The position numbers and the translations under genes are program-made. Positions 43,683 through 57,899 of a stretch of DNA of 64,000 bases are shown one piece after another. Location of the stretch: NCBI RefSeq assembly GCF_009914755.1, contig NC_060929.1; one strand, 5' to 3'. Position 1 is the first letter of the stretch. Each line of letters opens with the position of its first letter. The notes below the pieces were generated by a model, which was not told the DNA's origin, searched no databases, and saw nothing but the letters and a program-made list of their open reading frames with translations. Source of the stretch: the human T2T-CHM13v2.0 reference genome, Homo sapiens.

Positions 43683-45851
43683 ATTTACCCATTATACCAC
43701 TCAGTTATACTTACGGCACAAATTAAGTTCAATGCATTTTACTTCTGGTTTGTCCCTGTTCAAGGTTGCGGCTCTCCAGAATTGAGACACGGATGTGTCA
43801 ATTTTTTTTTTCTCATCCCCTAAAGACTATGGGAACTTTTCGCTCTGCTTTTCAGAGGTTTTTGGCTTAAATTTTTAGCCTCCTACCTTGAGCACTTTCA
43901 GAATTTTGCAGTCATTCTGAAAAGGAAAACAATGTAGTTGAGGCTCTCCAACTACCTCAGGCTGGTTTCTCAGTTCTACGGCAGCAGGCTTCTGCCAGGT
44001 GCCAAGACTGGATTCTTGGCCTCCAGGTATGCCCAGTTGCCAGGAAAGGGAGTGGGAGATTGTCAGTGTCAATTATTATCATTCCTAGGGCTCCTCATTG
44101 CTCACTCCCCAGGCAGATTTTTGTCTACCAAGCATATTAAGACTGTGGAAAATTCTCAGCTTTCTGAGATTTGGGATTAATTATTTAGCCTCCTGACCTG
44201 TAAAGTTTGAGATTTCAGCTAAGGTCTTGGAAAGGAAACCCGCCATGTGTCTGAAGCCCCTCAAGTCTCCAATTGTATAATTCTAGTCTCATGTGACTTT
44301 CTAAAACTCTGTACCTAGGAGACTCCTGTGACAGGTCCCACCCCAGATTCTCAATCTGTGGCCTGTGCCCAGGATCTACTAATACCCCAAAGATAGATAT
44401 CTTCAGCTTGACCCTGAAAGGTTCTCCTTTCAGTGGAATTTATTTCCTCTAATCCATCATTTCTATAATTCTGATACTTTTGAATACATAATTTTTATAA
44501 GTTGTCTGATTTTTCTAGGTCATTTTAGCAGGAGCGTTGCCTTTCCACTATCTACTTTGAAATTTAAAAAGTGGAACTCTTTGAGTTTAATTTGCTGTCA
44601 TAATTTTAACTTCCTAGGGATAGATGCTCATTCCTCTTTTCCCTTATATGAATCCTAGGGTATACATTTCTCTCTAAGTCTGGGTTTACTGTATCCCATA
44701 GGTTTTAGTATGTTGTATTTTTATTGTTATTCAGTTAGTTTCTTCTTTCCACTGTGATTTCTTCTTTGACCCATGATTTACTTAGAAGTATATTGCTTAA
44801 TTTCCAAATATTTGAGGATTTTCTAGTAACTTTGTTATTTATTTCTAGCTTAATGCCACTGTGGGTAGAGAATATCTTCTGTGTGATTCCAGTTTTTTGA
44901 AATCTGTTTAAATTTGCTTTGCGGCTTAATGTATGTTCAATATTGGCAAATTTTCATGTGCAGTTAAAAAGAATGTATATTTATTCTTTCACTGCTGGGA
45001 GGTCATACTCTAGATATGTTGATTAGATCAACTTTTTAATCATATTGTTCAAATCTTCTAAATGCTTGCTTATTATTTTCTGCTTGTTTTATCAATTACT
45101 GAGAGAAATGTATTTAAATCTTCGCCCATTTAATTGTAGATTTGTCTTTCCTTTTAGTTTTGTGAATTTTGCTTTTTATATTTTGAACCTATGAAGTGCA
45201 TACAAATTGGGAATTGTTGTATATTTGTGGTAGATTGATCCTTTAAACATACATTACTCCTTTTTATCTCTAGTAATGCTTTGTTTTAAAGTCCCCTTAG
45301 CTACATCAACCTTTTAAAAATTAATGTTTGAATTAAATTTTTTTTACCCAGTTATTTTAAAGTAATTCTGTATCCTTATATTTAAGTATATATTTAAAGC
45401 AGGTTTTGGTTGTCAGTGCTATTGTATCTAATCTAATTACACTTTTATTTTGAGCACTTTCTTCATTTATGCTTAATTTTATAACGTATTTGGGTTTCAG
45501 CATTATAACTTACTCTTTATTTTCTACTTGTTTCACCTCTTTTAAGCTCGACTTCCTTTCTTACTCCTTTTTGTATTATTTTTATATTATATTATTATAG
45601 CTTTCTTCTTTATTAGTCATTAGTTACATTCTACTGGTGATGAACCTAGAGATTACAGTATGCATTTTTGATTTATTAAAATCTAATATAAATGAATATT
45701 TTTACAATTTTCCAGACAATGCAAGGATTTTAGAACATCCTAGCTCCATTTATTCCCTTTGTGTGCTATTATTGTTGCATATTTTAATTACATGCATAAT
45801 TGTATATGCTTATATTTATTAAGATTTAATATGTAAATAATTTAATTAATA

Positions 45852-45954
45852 ATTTATAATTAAATCATATTATAACAAATAACACATGTATTATGATTTA
45901 ATATATAAATCATAATACATGTGTTATTTGTTATAATATGATTTGATTATAAAT
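45852..45954. repeat. AT-rich near-perfect palindrome (49-bp arms, 5-nt spacer)
   Basis: Arms 45852-45900 and 45906-45954 are reverse complements with one mismatch. Confidence 0.95.
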
Positions 45955-46054
45955 AATATCAAACATATATTTATAATCCCCCCAAGACGTTATTATTGAT
46001 GTTTTCAACAGTGAAAATTTATTTGGATTTACCTGTTTATCTTATTTTTAAATC

Positions 46055-47430
46055 AAAGTTTTATTTTAAATAGTTTTGAACTTACAGAAAAGTTGAAAAG
46101 ATAGTACAGAGAGTTCCATGTATATTGGACCCAACTTCCCCCATGGTTAAAAATTTACATTATTATGGCACATTTGTAACAACTAAGAAAACAGCATTGG
46201 TGCATAACTCTTAACTAACCTCCGTACTTTCTTTGGATTTCATTAGTTTTCCCTAATGCTCTTTTTCTGCCATATCATATTCAGCCTTTGTGTCTCCTTA
46301 GGCCTCTTTGGTCTGTGACAATCTCTGACTTTCTTTGTTTCTCCAAATTCTCAGACCTTGAGAGTTTTGAGGAGTACTGGTGGTTTGTAGAATGTCCCTC
46401 AGTTTGGGTTTATCTGATGTTTTTCTCATGGTTGGGGGAAGAAGACCAGAGGTGAAGTGCCAGTCTTATCACATCATATCAAGGTACACGCCATCAACAT
46501 GACTCATCACTGATTATCCCTGGGCTGAGATAGTGCTGGCGAGGTTTCTCCTCCATAAAGCGAGTGTTTTCCGCCTCTTTGTACTCTATTTTTAGGAAGC
46601 AACTCAATGAGCATGGCTTACATTTGAAAGTGGAGAGGAGAGTGAAGTCCACCTCCTGGAGCAGGGAGTAGCTACATAAATTATTTGGAATTCCTTGATT
46701 TATTTATTCAATAATTTGTATCAGTATGGCTTCATGGATATGTATTTTACACTTGGGGTTATAATCCAATACTGTAATTTCATGTTGCTGAAATTGTTCC
46801 AGATTTAGCTGTTGAGAGCTCTTGCGGGTTGGCTCTTGAGTCATGTCCCTATGGTTTTGCTTTTTTTGAGCACTTCCTTATTTTCTGGTACTACAGGATG
46901 AGCTTCAGGCCCAGCCTTAGAATCAGCCATTTCTCCAAAGATCCCTGCGTGCTTTTACCAGAAACCAAGATTAGGGCACTGGGCATCCTCACTGTTGCTA
47001 GAACTTCATCGCTCCTAGGCCCTCTCAGTAGACAGAGCTAGGAAGTATATGTACATATGTAATAACCCACATATATATTTATATACATACATGTCTGCAA
47101 TTATTTCTGTCTCTCTCCATCTGTATCTATTTTAAGCTACTCATGAGTTCATACTGCTGTCTGCACTAATCTACAACCAAATGCTTCATTCCAGCCTTCC
47201 CCACATGCGTCTCTGCAACCTCTAGCTCTAACAGTGGGAAACCTGGCTTCCACCCCCTCTTTCTGTTTCATTTACTCATTTGTTCATTCCCATCATATAT
47301 GTGCAGCAGGTTCAGAATTGTTAACCTATATCCCTGTGAGGAACAGCTTCACTAGTAAAGTTTCTTATTTCTGCGCAGTTCCTTTTGTCATTAATCTTGC
47401 AGTTTCCAATCAAAACACCATTTTCCAAAC
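46055..47430 (-). mobile_element. L1MC/MD-type 3'UTR
   Basis: ttacagaaaagttgaaaagatagtacagagagttccat...gttttgaggagtactgg...gggttataatccaatact. Confidence 0.75.
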
Positions 47431-47829
47431 ATTTTGATATTTCTTTGTCATAAATATTTTGCATTAATTTTGATTTTTAAAATATTGCAATTATAGATTA
47501 TTTATGACAAGTATTAAGTTTTTTTTGAGCCCCCTTGCATTTTGCACCCAGAGGGAGTCCCTCACTGGACTTTATCTTAGTCTTGCCTTTCCAGGGGCAG
47601 ATCTCCATAATCCAATCAGAGATTGAAATGATTTAATATTGGAAGCTAGATTTGGCTAGAGTTGGTCTAGTTCTGGTCCACTCGTTGTATCAAATACCTC
47701 TTACATTCTTTCTCAGATCCTATGAGTTTCGCCTGTCTTTAGGGCTATTGGTTACCTGTTCAGCCCTGGCAAACACAAGGGTTACTGACTCTGAAAAAGG
47801 CATTCAAGTCAGCATTATTCTAACACATG

Positions 47830-48248
47830 AGTCTGCTGTGAAGTGTCTCTGGCTTCCCCTACAGCTTTTACACCCAGATGTAAAGGGTGTGGGATATGTC
47901 TGTCTTGGCACTGCTAAAGGGATTGGCGTATAATATGGAAATGTAGGAGTTAACCCTCTATGGAGTGAACTTTTACTCTAGGGGACAAGAGATGCAAGGC
48001 ACTGGCAGGAAAATTCTCAACCTGCATACCCTTGGAAGGACTGTTCAGAGACACATAGCATTTCCCATGAAATGGAGCAGTCAGCTGTGATTGTTGTAAA
48101 GCTCAGTGATCCACTTCCTTATATATGTTCATCCTACTCTGCTTCACTCACCTTTCTTCCTCACTCCAGCTTCCCTGCAATTGTATTTCCTAGGAAGCAT
48201 GCAAGCTTTTTCTTTGGGCTCTGCATTCTAGGAAACCTGGGCCAAGAT
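47830..48248 (+). mobile_element. ERVL solo LTR (LTR16-like)
   Basis: Ends gggctctgcattctaggaaacctgggccaaga, resembling the LTR16 3' end. Strongly degenerate. Confidence 0.4.
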
Positions 48249-48484
48249 TCTCTTATTCCTATGCTGTAGATATTCGAGATCCCAGCTTAAAACCTGAGCT
48301 GCTTATCATAGCCTCTCCTGATTGGCAAATCTTGAATTCTAATTTTTGTACCTGCACCCAGGTGAGAGATGGCCAAAAGTTCTTCTCAGCTTCTCAGCTG
48401 GACCTTTCTGACCAGCTTTTCAACCAAAAAGTTTGAAATGGCAAATATCCCAAGGAGAAGGACTGCTGAAAATTGGGCTTCCTT

Positions 48485-48796
<312 letters not shown>

Positions 48797-49446
48797 GAAA
48801 ATTGGGCTTCCTTCTCCCCTAGATCTTGCTTCTGGAGGTCTGTCATTACTCTTCAATGCCATCACACAGATTAAATGACATATTTTTGTCCTTTTCTAGT
48901 TATTTTCAGCTAAAGGCTTGGCCTGGAAAAAAGCTAGCTCCCCATTCTAGGAAGCAGAACTCTCAACCCTTGGTTTTAACAGGAAACCACAGGGTAATGC
49001 TGGAGAAACTGCTGTTTTCTTGTAGACTCTTGCAGGCCCCAGACCCAACAGAGAACAAAATGGGGCCTGTCCCGTTGTGTGCCTGTCTTCTTCTTTCTGT
49101 TTTTTCTCAGTGTCTTCATTTTCTAACAGCTCTATGTGTTTGGATGTTTTGGTAGGTGGTAGCTTGAGCACATTTTTTCCTTGCCTTATGCAAGCAGGTC
49201 TTTCAGCTGGAGAATTTTTATACGTGTTGGAAAAATATGGGCAGAGTTAGTTGTGAGGACAATTGCAAAGGAGATGGAAGCTGGGGGGTAGGTGTGAAAG
49301 GAGCTTTCTGTGCTGTCTCCCATCCTATTGTTCGGGAACCTGTCCACAATTCTAGTGTCTGCCTCTGGCCCCTTTCTATAAATGTTGACTCCATTTCTCA
49401 CTGTCATGAGGATTCAGGTATTATGTGCACCAGCTATTACATAGTA

Positions 49447-49460
49447 TCGCCCTCTGGTGG
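49447..49460 (-). promoter_or_regulatory. CTCF core motif
   Basis: Minus strand CCACCAGAGGGCGA fits CCASYAGRKGGCRS except at the last base. It lies in unique sequence and retains its CpG. Confidence 0.7.
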
Positions 49461-49777
49461 TACAGAACTGTTAGCCCCTGTATTAAAGGGGTCCAGAACG
49501 TTGCTATTACATGCTCTTTGTCAACAAGGGAGGAGACAGAACAATAGTTTTTTAAAAAGGACTACCAAATCTCACATTTTATAAGAATGAATCTTTCTCC
49601 ATTGATCTGCTGCCCTAATGACCTGGGAAAGAGGTGAATTGCCCTTGTTAAAACTGTTTCTGATTTATGAGTCAATAGGTAACAGGCAAGAGGCCACTGT
49701 AGCTTCTCAGATTTTTAAAAATACTTTGGGGCTGACTTTAGGTTGAGAAGATTATTTGCCTAATTTTAGAATGGCTC

Positions 49778-50217
49778 TTGTATTATTCAGAGTAGGCCAA
49801 CTGCTGCCACAAATAAGTTATGCATTTCGATGCTTTGCAAAATAAAGTTTATGTCTTGCTCATGCAGTGACCCATCATAGGTCTTCCTGGTTAGGTAACT
49901 CTCCTATGTTGCTCTCCTCCATGTGATGTCATAGGGACACAAGCTCCTCCTAGCTAATGGCTCCACTCTTCTTAAGGCTTCAGAGAATTTTCTATTTACT
50001 CAGTAGATTGAAAAAGGCAATCAGGGGTTGTACAAGGGAGTGTTTATGGGCCAGACTTGGAATTTGCATCCATCACGTCTGCCCACTTTGGGCATTCTAT
50101 TGGCCAGAATTCAGTCTTATGGTTGTGCCTACGTGAAGGGGAGGCTGGGAAGTGTAGTCTAGCTGGTTGCCCAGGAGGAAGATGTAGTTTGTAAACAACT
50201 ATTAAGTCTCTGCCACA
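49778..50217 (-). mobile_element. MaLR LTR (MLT1K-like)
   Basis: catcacgtctgcccac...tattggccagaattcagtc...gaggctgggaagtgtagtctagc...agtctctgccaca. Confidence 0.75.
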
Positions 50218-53200
50218 GGTGTCATTTGTGTGGGTGCATTTCTGCCTCGTGAAGTAAAGTAAAAGGAATGTCTCAGCTTCTGTCAGAGCCCTTGAACCTT
50301 CTTGGCCTTTTCATCTCCAAGTCTACTTAATTCTGGAGTTGACAGCAGCACTGGATACAGTTTTTTCAGCCTCTTGAGATTAGAGGAAGATACCTTTCAA
50401 TTAAAACATGGGAATATTTTTCTGGTCCTGGGGAAGGTGTACAGCCAACATTATTTTTAAGTAAGATTTTTTTTTTAATTGAAGCATGACATAATACAGA
50501 AAAATACAAAAAAAAAGTAAGTGTCCAGCCCAATGAACTTTCACCAGGTCAGTATAGCCAGGTAACTCTCATCCAGGTCGAGAAATGGAACATTACCACT
50601 GTCTCCAAAGCTGCCAGCAAGGAAGGGCAGGTAGAGGGGTTCTCGGTGATCAGAGGAATTCAAGGGGTGCTCAGTTGCTGGCCCATTATTTTGGGCTATA
50701 ATGCCTCTTTTTAAAAATGTTAGCACCAAAGTTGAAGCGAGGATGAAGAGGCCTGGGTTATGCCCTCCCCGATCCCAGCCATGGGAATTATCTTTGGCAG
50801 GGTACCTTCTTAGAGTCTCTGCTTCTCCATCTGTGCAATGGGAAGGTTGGACTAACAAGCCATTAAGGTTTCTCAAGCTGGAGCAATGTGGTTTCAGGAC
50901 TTGCCCCAAGTCTCACAGGACGAGGTGCAGTGGGGAACTGCACGATGGATCTGGAAGCAATCACTGGTAGAGAGAGATGGCCTAGCCCCAGGTGGTTCCC
51001 GGGCCTGCTGGAGCCCACTCCACTGAGTTCTCCAGACTGGAGTCAGGGGAGTCGGTGACCATGGCTCTGCCACAAACAGTTTCAACCCAACTGGTGGTCA
51101 GCCTTTTTGGACTAGTCCAGGTTTTTGTGTGCTCTGAGAGGCTGCCAGAACTTGTAAGGTCAGGGAGGTATAGACATGGCCAAGGGCTAAGAATTTCAGA
51201 ATATGGACTGAAACAGACTCAGGGGCCAACTCTGGCTTTACCACAGATGGTCTGTGTCATAGTGGACAAGTCATTCTACCTCTCTGAGACGCAATCTCCT
51301 CGTATGAAATTCAATGGAGATAGTTGCCTCCTTCATAAGTTGTTGTGTGGATGAAATGCCCTAATCCATGACACCTAAATGCCAGTAAGACTAAATTGTG
51401 AGTGTTGCTCTTCCATGCTTGTCCTCCAACAATGATGCTGTAAAGCTCCCCAGGCTGCCCATGGCTGGGGCTCCAGAACCTGGAGCCTGGAATAGGGATC
51501 TAGGGGAAAACAGGTTTGCTCTGCACCTAAATCCAGACTAGACCCATTTATTTTCTCTCACCCTCTTTACCCCCTCTCCCCTCATACTGGAACAATTCAT
51601 TTGTCACAATTGCCCTAGTCGAGTCATTATCTCTAAAATTCAGAATAATCCACTGGGAATTTAATCAGATCAAATAATAACCATCCAATATAATTATAAT
51701 TAAAAGGAATGCTTAGAACATGTAGTACGCTTTTTCTCCTAAATTCTCTGGAAAGCAATGGGAAGATCAGGCTTCAGAGTCCTACAAACTTGGGCTCAAG
51801 TAATGGCTCCACTACCAACTGGATGATCCTGAGCAAATGACTTAATCTCTCTGGACTCAAATGAAAAATGGGGCTGCAAGGTCTTCTAATTCTCACTTCT
51901 ACTCTCCTTCCTTGGGCAGCCTGGAAAGCTTTCCAGACTCCCTTGCAGCTAGGGCTCTGGCTGGAAATAAATTCCACTAGTCATGGTTCTTGTGAGAGGT
52001 CTATAAGGCAGAACTGAGGGACACCTTCTTCCTCCCTCTGAGGTTGCTGGTAAACTTGGTTGTGGTGAGTTTAGAGGCAGCCAAGGAAGATGGTCACTAG
52101 CTTCAAGGGTGGGAGAAGTAGTCGTGACAGTAGCTCTGGTGGCAGCTACAGCAGCTTCCTGATAGCTCAGCTGTGTGATGTGTCCACATATCCAACTGCT
52201 CATTGTCACCCCCCTGCACATGCTCCTCCAGCCCTAACCACAATCTTATAAACATTTGATTCCCTCTATGAAAATCCTCTTTTGCTTGAAATACTTAGAG
52301 TGACTTCTGTTTCTTACACTGAACTTGACCAACACGGGGTGATAATACTGCTAATTTTTCAGGATCATGAGGATTAGGCAAGCTATTAAATGTAAAATAC
52401 CTGTTGCAGAAGGAGCGCTCAGTCAATAGTAGTCACTAATCATTACAAGAAGACTAACTGTGTACAGAGCCAGTCCTGTAAATTGCATCTTGCTGCCCAC
52501 CAGTGTTAGCAGGATTTTTTCCCACTTTGGTTTTTCCAAGCAGTCAGCAGGCATCTACAACAAGAAGAAAATGATCCTTGGCTAACGTTGCTTTCCCCTT
52601 GTGTTCTCGCCAACAATTCATGTTGCCTTAAGAGATTAGGCCTCTTTATTGCTTGCTTCACTGCCCCGCTAGCTGTCTGCACCAACGTTACATCGTGGCT
52701 GGCTGGGCGTGTCCTTCTGATGGACTCCAGGCCTGCTGCACAGAGAGCAAGGGGGTTATTTGATCTCTTGGCTGTGGCTCTTACAAGTCCCATTGAGAGT
52801 GCTCTTACCCACAGAACTCTGCTTTGCTAATTGTCCCAGTGTAGCCAAATAAGCACAATTACACCTAAAGCAATGAGCATTTCTTCTGGCAGGATTTGGG
52901 ATTTGGAAGAGAGCAGCCTCTACGGGGGCTCAGGGGTCAGCTCTGGGTACCACGCAACCCTTCCCAGACCCTCAGAACCCCCATGACTAATGGGCAGCTG
53001 ATACAGGGTTATGAGGAGGCATCCCCCGCTTCCAGAGAGATTTATTACTCAGCCTGGACCAGAGTCCTGGAATATAAGAAAATCCCTCTATTTGGTGTCT
53101 GTCAAGATGGGCCCGAAGCCTGGTATCTTCCCCTCTGAGTCCTGTTGCACAAATTGTGTTGGTGGGAAGGCAGGGAAGTTGTTCTTCCACCCCTGCCTCA

Positions 53201-53738
53201 GATGACTTTATTAAAAAGCCAGTTGGCACTTTTCCTATTGTGCATTCTCATTACAGTGCTTCCAAAAAAGTGAAGTTATCCCACAAAGCCGACTCATAAA
53301 ATTATTAGACCCTGGAGAGATGCTCAGACTCAATCCCTTTCACCAGCGAAAGCTTAATGAGAGTGCAGCCCTGCCCATGGGCTTCCACAGCACCATTGTC
53401 ACCCACACTGGCCCGCTGCCCCGCTCACGCAAGCCTGCCTGCAGCCTCGCAACTCTAAATCCAGTCTTTGCAGCCCCCAAACTCTTCAAATTCACTTCAG
53501 GACTATGGAATGCTCTCGATGGGCCACTGAACTCAGCGTTAGCAACCAGCGTTTGTTTTTTAAAACAATGAACTCTTTGAAAAGTGGCAAAAATCCCCTT
53601 CTCTTTACCCTGGGTCCCTGTCTCTCTGCTGAGTGCTCTGTTTTATTGACAACAGAGTTCTCCAACTTTAGCGTGTGTGAGAATGATCTGAAGAAAACAA
53701 CAGTGAGATTCCACTTCGCACCTACTGAGACGGCTATA

Positions 53739-53926
53739 CAGTGAGTCCTCCCATAATGTCCATTCATCCAATGTTGCTTCGTTATAAGATTGATGAGAAA
53801 AAAAAACAATCAATTCCGGCCTGGGGCCACTGTCTGTGTGCAGTTGGCACATTATCCACATACCTGCGTGGGTTTTCTCTGGGCACTCGGGTTTCCTCCC
53901 ACATCCCAAAGCTATGCACATTAGGC
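53739..53926 (+). mobile_element. MER6-type TcMar-Tigger fragment
   Basis: Follows TA: cagtgagtcctc...ggggccactgtctgtgtg...ggtttcctcccacatcccaaag. Confidence 0.8.
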
Positions 53927-54470
53927 AGAAAAAAAAAAAAGGAAAATAACAGGCATTGGTGAGGATGTGAAGAAACTGGAACCCTCATGCATTGTGGGTA
54001 GAAATAGAAAATGTTTCAGCTACTATAGAAAACAGTATGGCAGTTCCTCAAAAAGTGAAACATAGAGTTACTATATGACCCCGCAATTTCACTTCTAGGT
54101 ATACACACAAACACAAAAAGGAAGGCGGGGACTCAAGTAGATATTTGAACTCTAATGCTCATAGCAGCATTATCCATAATAGCCAAAGGGTGGAAACATC
54201 CCAAGTGTCCATAGAAGGATAAATGCATAAACAAAATGTAGCGTGCATATATACAATGAAATATTATTCAGCCATAAAAAAGAATGAAGTTCTGTTACAT
54301 GATACAACATGGATGAACTTTGCAAACATTATGCTGAGTGAGCTAAGCCAGAGACAAAAGGACACATATGGTATGATTCCATTTAGATGAATATCTAGGC
54401 TAGGTAAATTCACAGAGACAGAAAGTAGATTAGAGGTTACAAGGGCTGGGGGAAGGGGAAAACATTATTA

Positions 54471-54830
<360 letters not shown>

Positions 54831-54924
54831 TTGAAAACAGTGAAGATGTTCGTGCAACAATGTGAATTGTAATTACACTGACTTGAATATTTAAAATGGT
54901 TAAAATGACATGTTTTATGTTTTA

Positions 54925-54975
54925 TATATGTATATGTGTATATATATGTGTGTATATATGTATGTATATGTGTAT

Positions 54976-55020
<45 letters not shown>
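54925..55020. repeat. Mixed TA/TG run ending in (TG)21
   Basis: Seen directly. The pure TG run spans 54978-55020. Confidence 0.95.
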
Positions 55021-55022
<2 letters not shown>

Positions 55023-55029
55023 TGCCTGA

Positions 55030-55175
55030 AGAGCTTATTGAGATTCTGATTCCTGGCACTTGCTCCCAGATTGGTTGAGTCAGGAAGTCCAGTGTGGGGC
55101 CCCAGTATGTACCTTGTTAACAAGCATCCGAAGTGCCTCTGATGTAGGTAATCCATGGCCACTTTAGAAATACAG
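55030..55175. mobile_element. MER5A-like hAT MITE
   Basis: gtggggccc...ttaacaagcatcc...tctgatg...cactttagaaa. Confidence 0.55.
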
Positions 55176-56179
55176 ATAGGGTATGCCAACTGGCTTTCTT
55201 GCACAAAACGAGAAAACAAAACAGTTCATGCTGCTTTTCAGAGCTTGTCCTGAAAACAGAGCACTTTCCACACTGCGAGGAGGAAGGTATGCCACTCCAT
55301 GCAGGGTCCAGGGGCTCACTGAGCCCCAGTGAGTCTGAGAGTCTGGATGGGCACATTAGTTTATCCAGGCTGAGTCTGATTATGGCAGTCTTGGGGTCAA
55401 AGGACTAGCAGTGACTCTAAAATCAACCCGGTGGCCCTGAGATCTGGGGCCCTGCAGTGCCATCTACCCATCTCTAGGGCGGTCTCAGAGCCCTGTCCTG
55501 GTTCCTTCTCCGCCCTGCATTTCTCCAGCCAGCCTCCTCTGCTGGGTCCAGCAAAGGCCAGAGGCAGGAGGTGACTCTGGGTTCTGGTTTTGTTGAAGAT
55601 GGTCGTGCCTTAATGATGAGAGAGAGATGGTTCTCTCTCCCTAATATTCCCAGTGCCAGGGTCAGGTTTGTACTTCTTCCATCAGTGGTATATGATCTCT
55701 CTTCCAGTATTCTACTCCCAGTAATCGGCACAATATATTGTATATTTTGAATAAATTTTTCCTTGCCTGTAAAGTAAGCAAATTACTAGACTATAATAAT
55801 GTCTAGTAATAATTACTAGACTAAAATAATGAGACTGTCTTGGGCAATTATGAAATATCTTCTGGGCTCATCTTTGAGAATGTGTGCCAGTGTCTTCTTG
55901 CTGCCTGGCAACTCAGGTATTCTTTGAGATTGGTTTGCACTTTCACCCTGAGTCCCTTAGACACATTTTCAAAAACTATTCTAATATGTCCCATCCAGGG
56001 AAAAAGACAGAAAAGAGCCTGGCCTAGAAACTCAAATGTAAGTACAGGTCATCTTCACAAGCAAGGGAGGAAAGAGGAAGGGTCACTTTCATCCTACTGA
56101 TTTTTACTGAACCCCGACCAGGTGCCAGGTCTGGACCAGCCCCCTGGGAAATGGAAGTGAACAAGACACAGACCTTCCC

Positions 56180-56281
56180 TGGCCTCTACCTGCTGGATAC
56201 TGGTAGTATCCTCTCCCCAAGCCAGACATTGTGAAATGTCCTCCGGGGAGAGGCAAAATCCACTCCGGTTGAGAACCACTA
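56180..56281 (+). mobile_element. MER20 fragment
   Basis: ccagacattgtgaaatgtcc...ggcaaaatc...ggttgagaaccact terminus. Confidence 0.7.
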
Positions 56282-56599
56282 AGTTAAAGCATGATGTGTC
56301 CATGTGGTGGCATAGTATACTCATCAGGATAGTTTTTAGAAGTCATTAAAGATGTGTACAAAAATCTTCACAATATGACACAAAGAAAAAAGTTAGATCT
56401 ATAATTTTACATATAAGAATAATACTAAAAGTACCAAATATACATACACAGTACATGGAAAGAGGTGGGAAGGAAATATAATAAAACATTATAAGAATTA
56501 AGCTGGATGGTAGGATAAATGACATGTTTCCAATTTTCTATTGTAAAAAACATTTTTTCAATAAGGATCAATGTTTTATATTTATTTTATGCATTTTTT

Positions 56600-56713
56600 T
56601 TGTTGTTGCAATTTTTAAAACCAGGCGGGTCTTGAACTTCTGGCCTCAAGCAAGCCTCCTGTGTCAGCCTCCCAAGGCTCTGCAATTACAGGCGTGAGCC
56701 ACTGTGCCTGGCC
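56600..56713 (-). mobile_element. FLAM/Alu left-arm fragment
   Basis: gtcttgaacttctggcctcaagcaagcctcc...attacaggcgtgagccactgtgcctggcc. Confidence 0.8.
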
Positions 56714-56774
56714 CAATGTTTCATATTTATTTATTTGTACATACAATGTTGCTATGAGCCTGACCATTTATTTT

Positions 56775-57110
56775 AAGGAAATTTATTATTGGATATAACA
56801 GACATACAGAAAAGTGCACAAGTCATAAGTGTGTGGCTCAGGGGATTTCACTACGTGGTCATACCCATGTAGCCAGCACCAAGATCAGGGAACATCACAG
56901 GCGCTCTTACCTCCAGTGTCAACTTCCAGTCACCACCCCCCAGGGCTGACCCATTTCCTGATTTAAACTCCAGAGATTCTGTTTGCCTATTTTTAAGCTT
57001 CATATAAATGGAATCACACAGTGTGAACTCATTTGTGTCTGGCTGGCTTTGCTCAACATTGTTGAGCAATGTTGTTACTGTATGTAGTTGCAGTAGAGCA
57101 CGGGTATGGA
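56775..57110 (-). mobile_element. L1ME-type 3' end
   Basis: acatacagaaaagtgcacaagtcataagtgt...catataaatggaatcacacagt. Confidence 0.75.
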
Positions 57111-57899
57111 TCATTTAAAAATCATAAAGCTATTTTTAAAAGAAGGCAGATTTGAAACCCTGGGACACTTTTTGCTTCCTGGGGAGCGCTACACAGTCCT
57201 TCTGCTGGGAAGTCGGCCCATGGCCTCCAGCCCCATCTGCTGCCCTGAAGATCCCAAACATTCTCTTGTGCAGTTGCTTCTGCAAAACTAAGGAGGATTT
57301 GTGCCAGTACTCCTGACCCTGCCTGCTCGCCCACCATCGCCAGTGATATGCATTTGGGCCCCTTGACAAGGAGGCCAATCAGATAGAATGGAGAGGGGGA
57401 CATATGTGTCTCACCATGGTGGTGCCGGACATAAGGCTGACAGGAAGTGGTGTCCAGCAGGGGTTCAGATCCTCCTGAAGGGAGGGCCATCTCTTCCTGC
57501 TCCCGTGGTGACTGTCGCTGATAGGCCACAGGCAGAGAAGCAGAAGCTCTCTCTCAAAGGTCGCCCCATCTGGCCCTGGCTCATCACATTCCTCAGCGTA
57601 AAGCACCCTCTGCCCTTGTTCTCGTTGCAGCAATCCTATGAGGGTTAGGGCTGGGGGGCTACAGTTATTTTCCATTTTGTGGACCATGAGGCTGAGACTG
57701 GGGAAAGTCAGCCTGCAGAAGGGCACAAGCTGGGCTTCGTGTCCAGGACTCCATGACTCCCAAGCCCGAGTTCTTACCCCTGGATATTTGCCTCTAAAGG
57801 CCACCTCCCTGTCCCTCCCATGTCTGGCTGAGGTTGGGAGATGGGGGTCGTGACTCAGTCTCCGGTGATGGGCTCAGCCTGGCGAGCTGCTCCCAGCCA

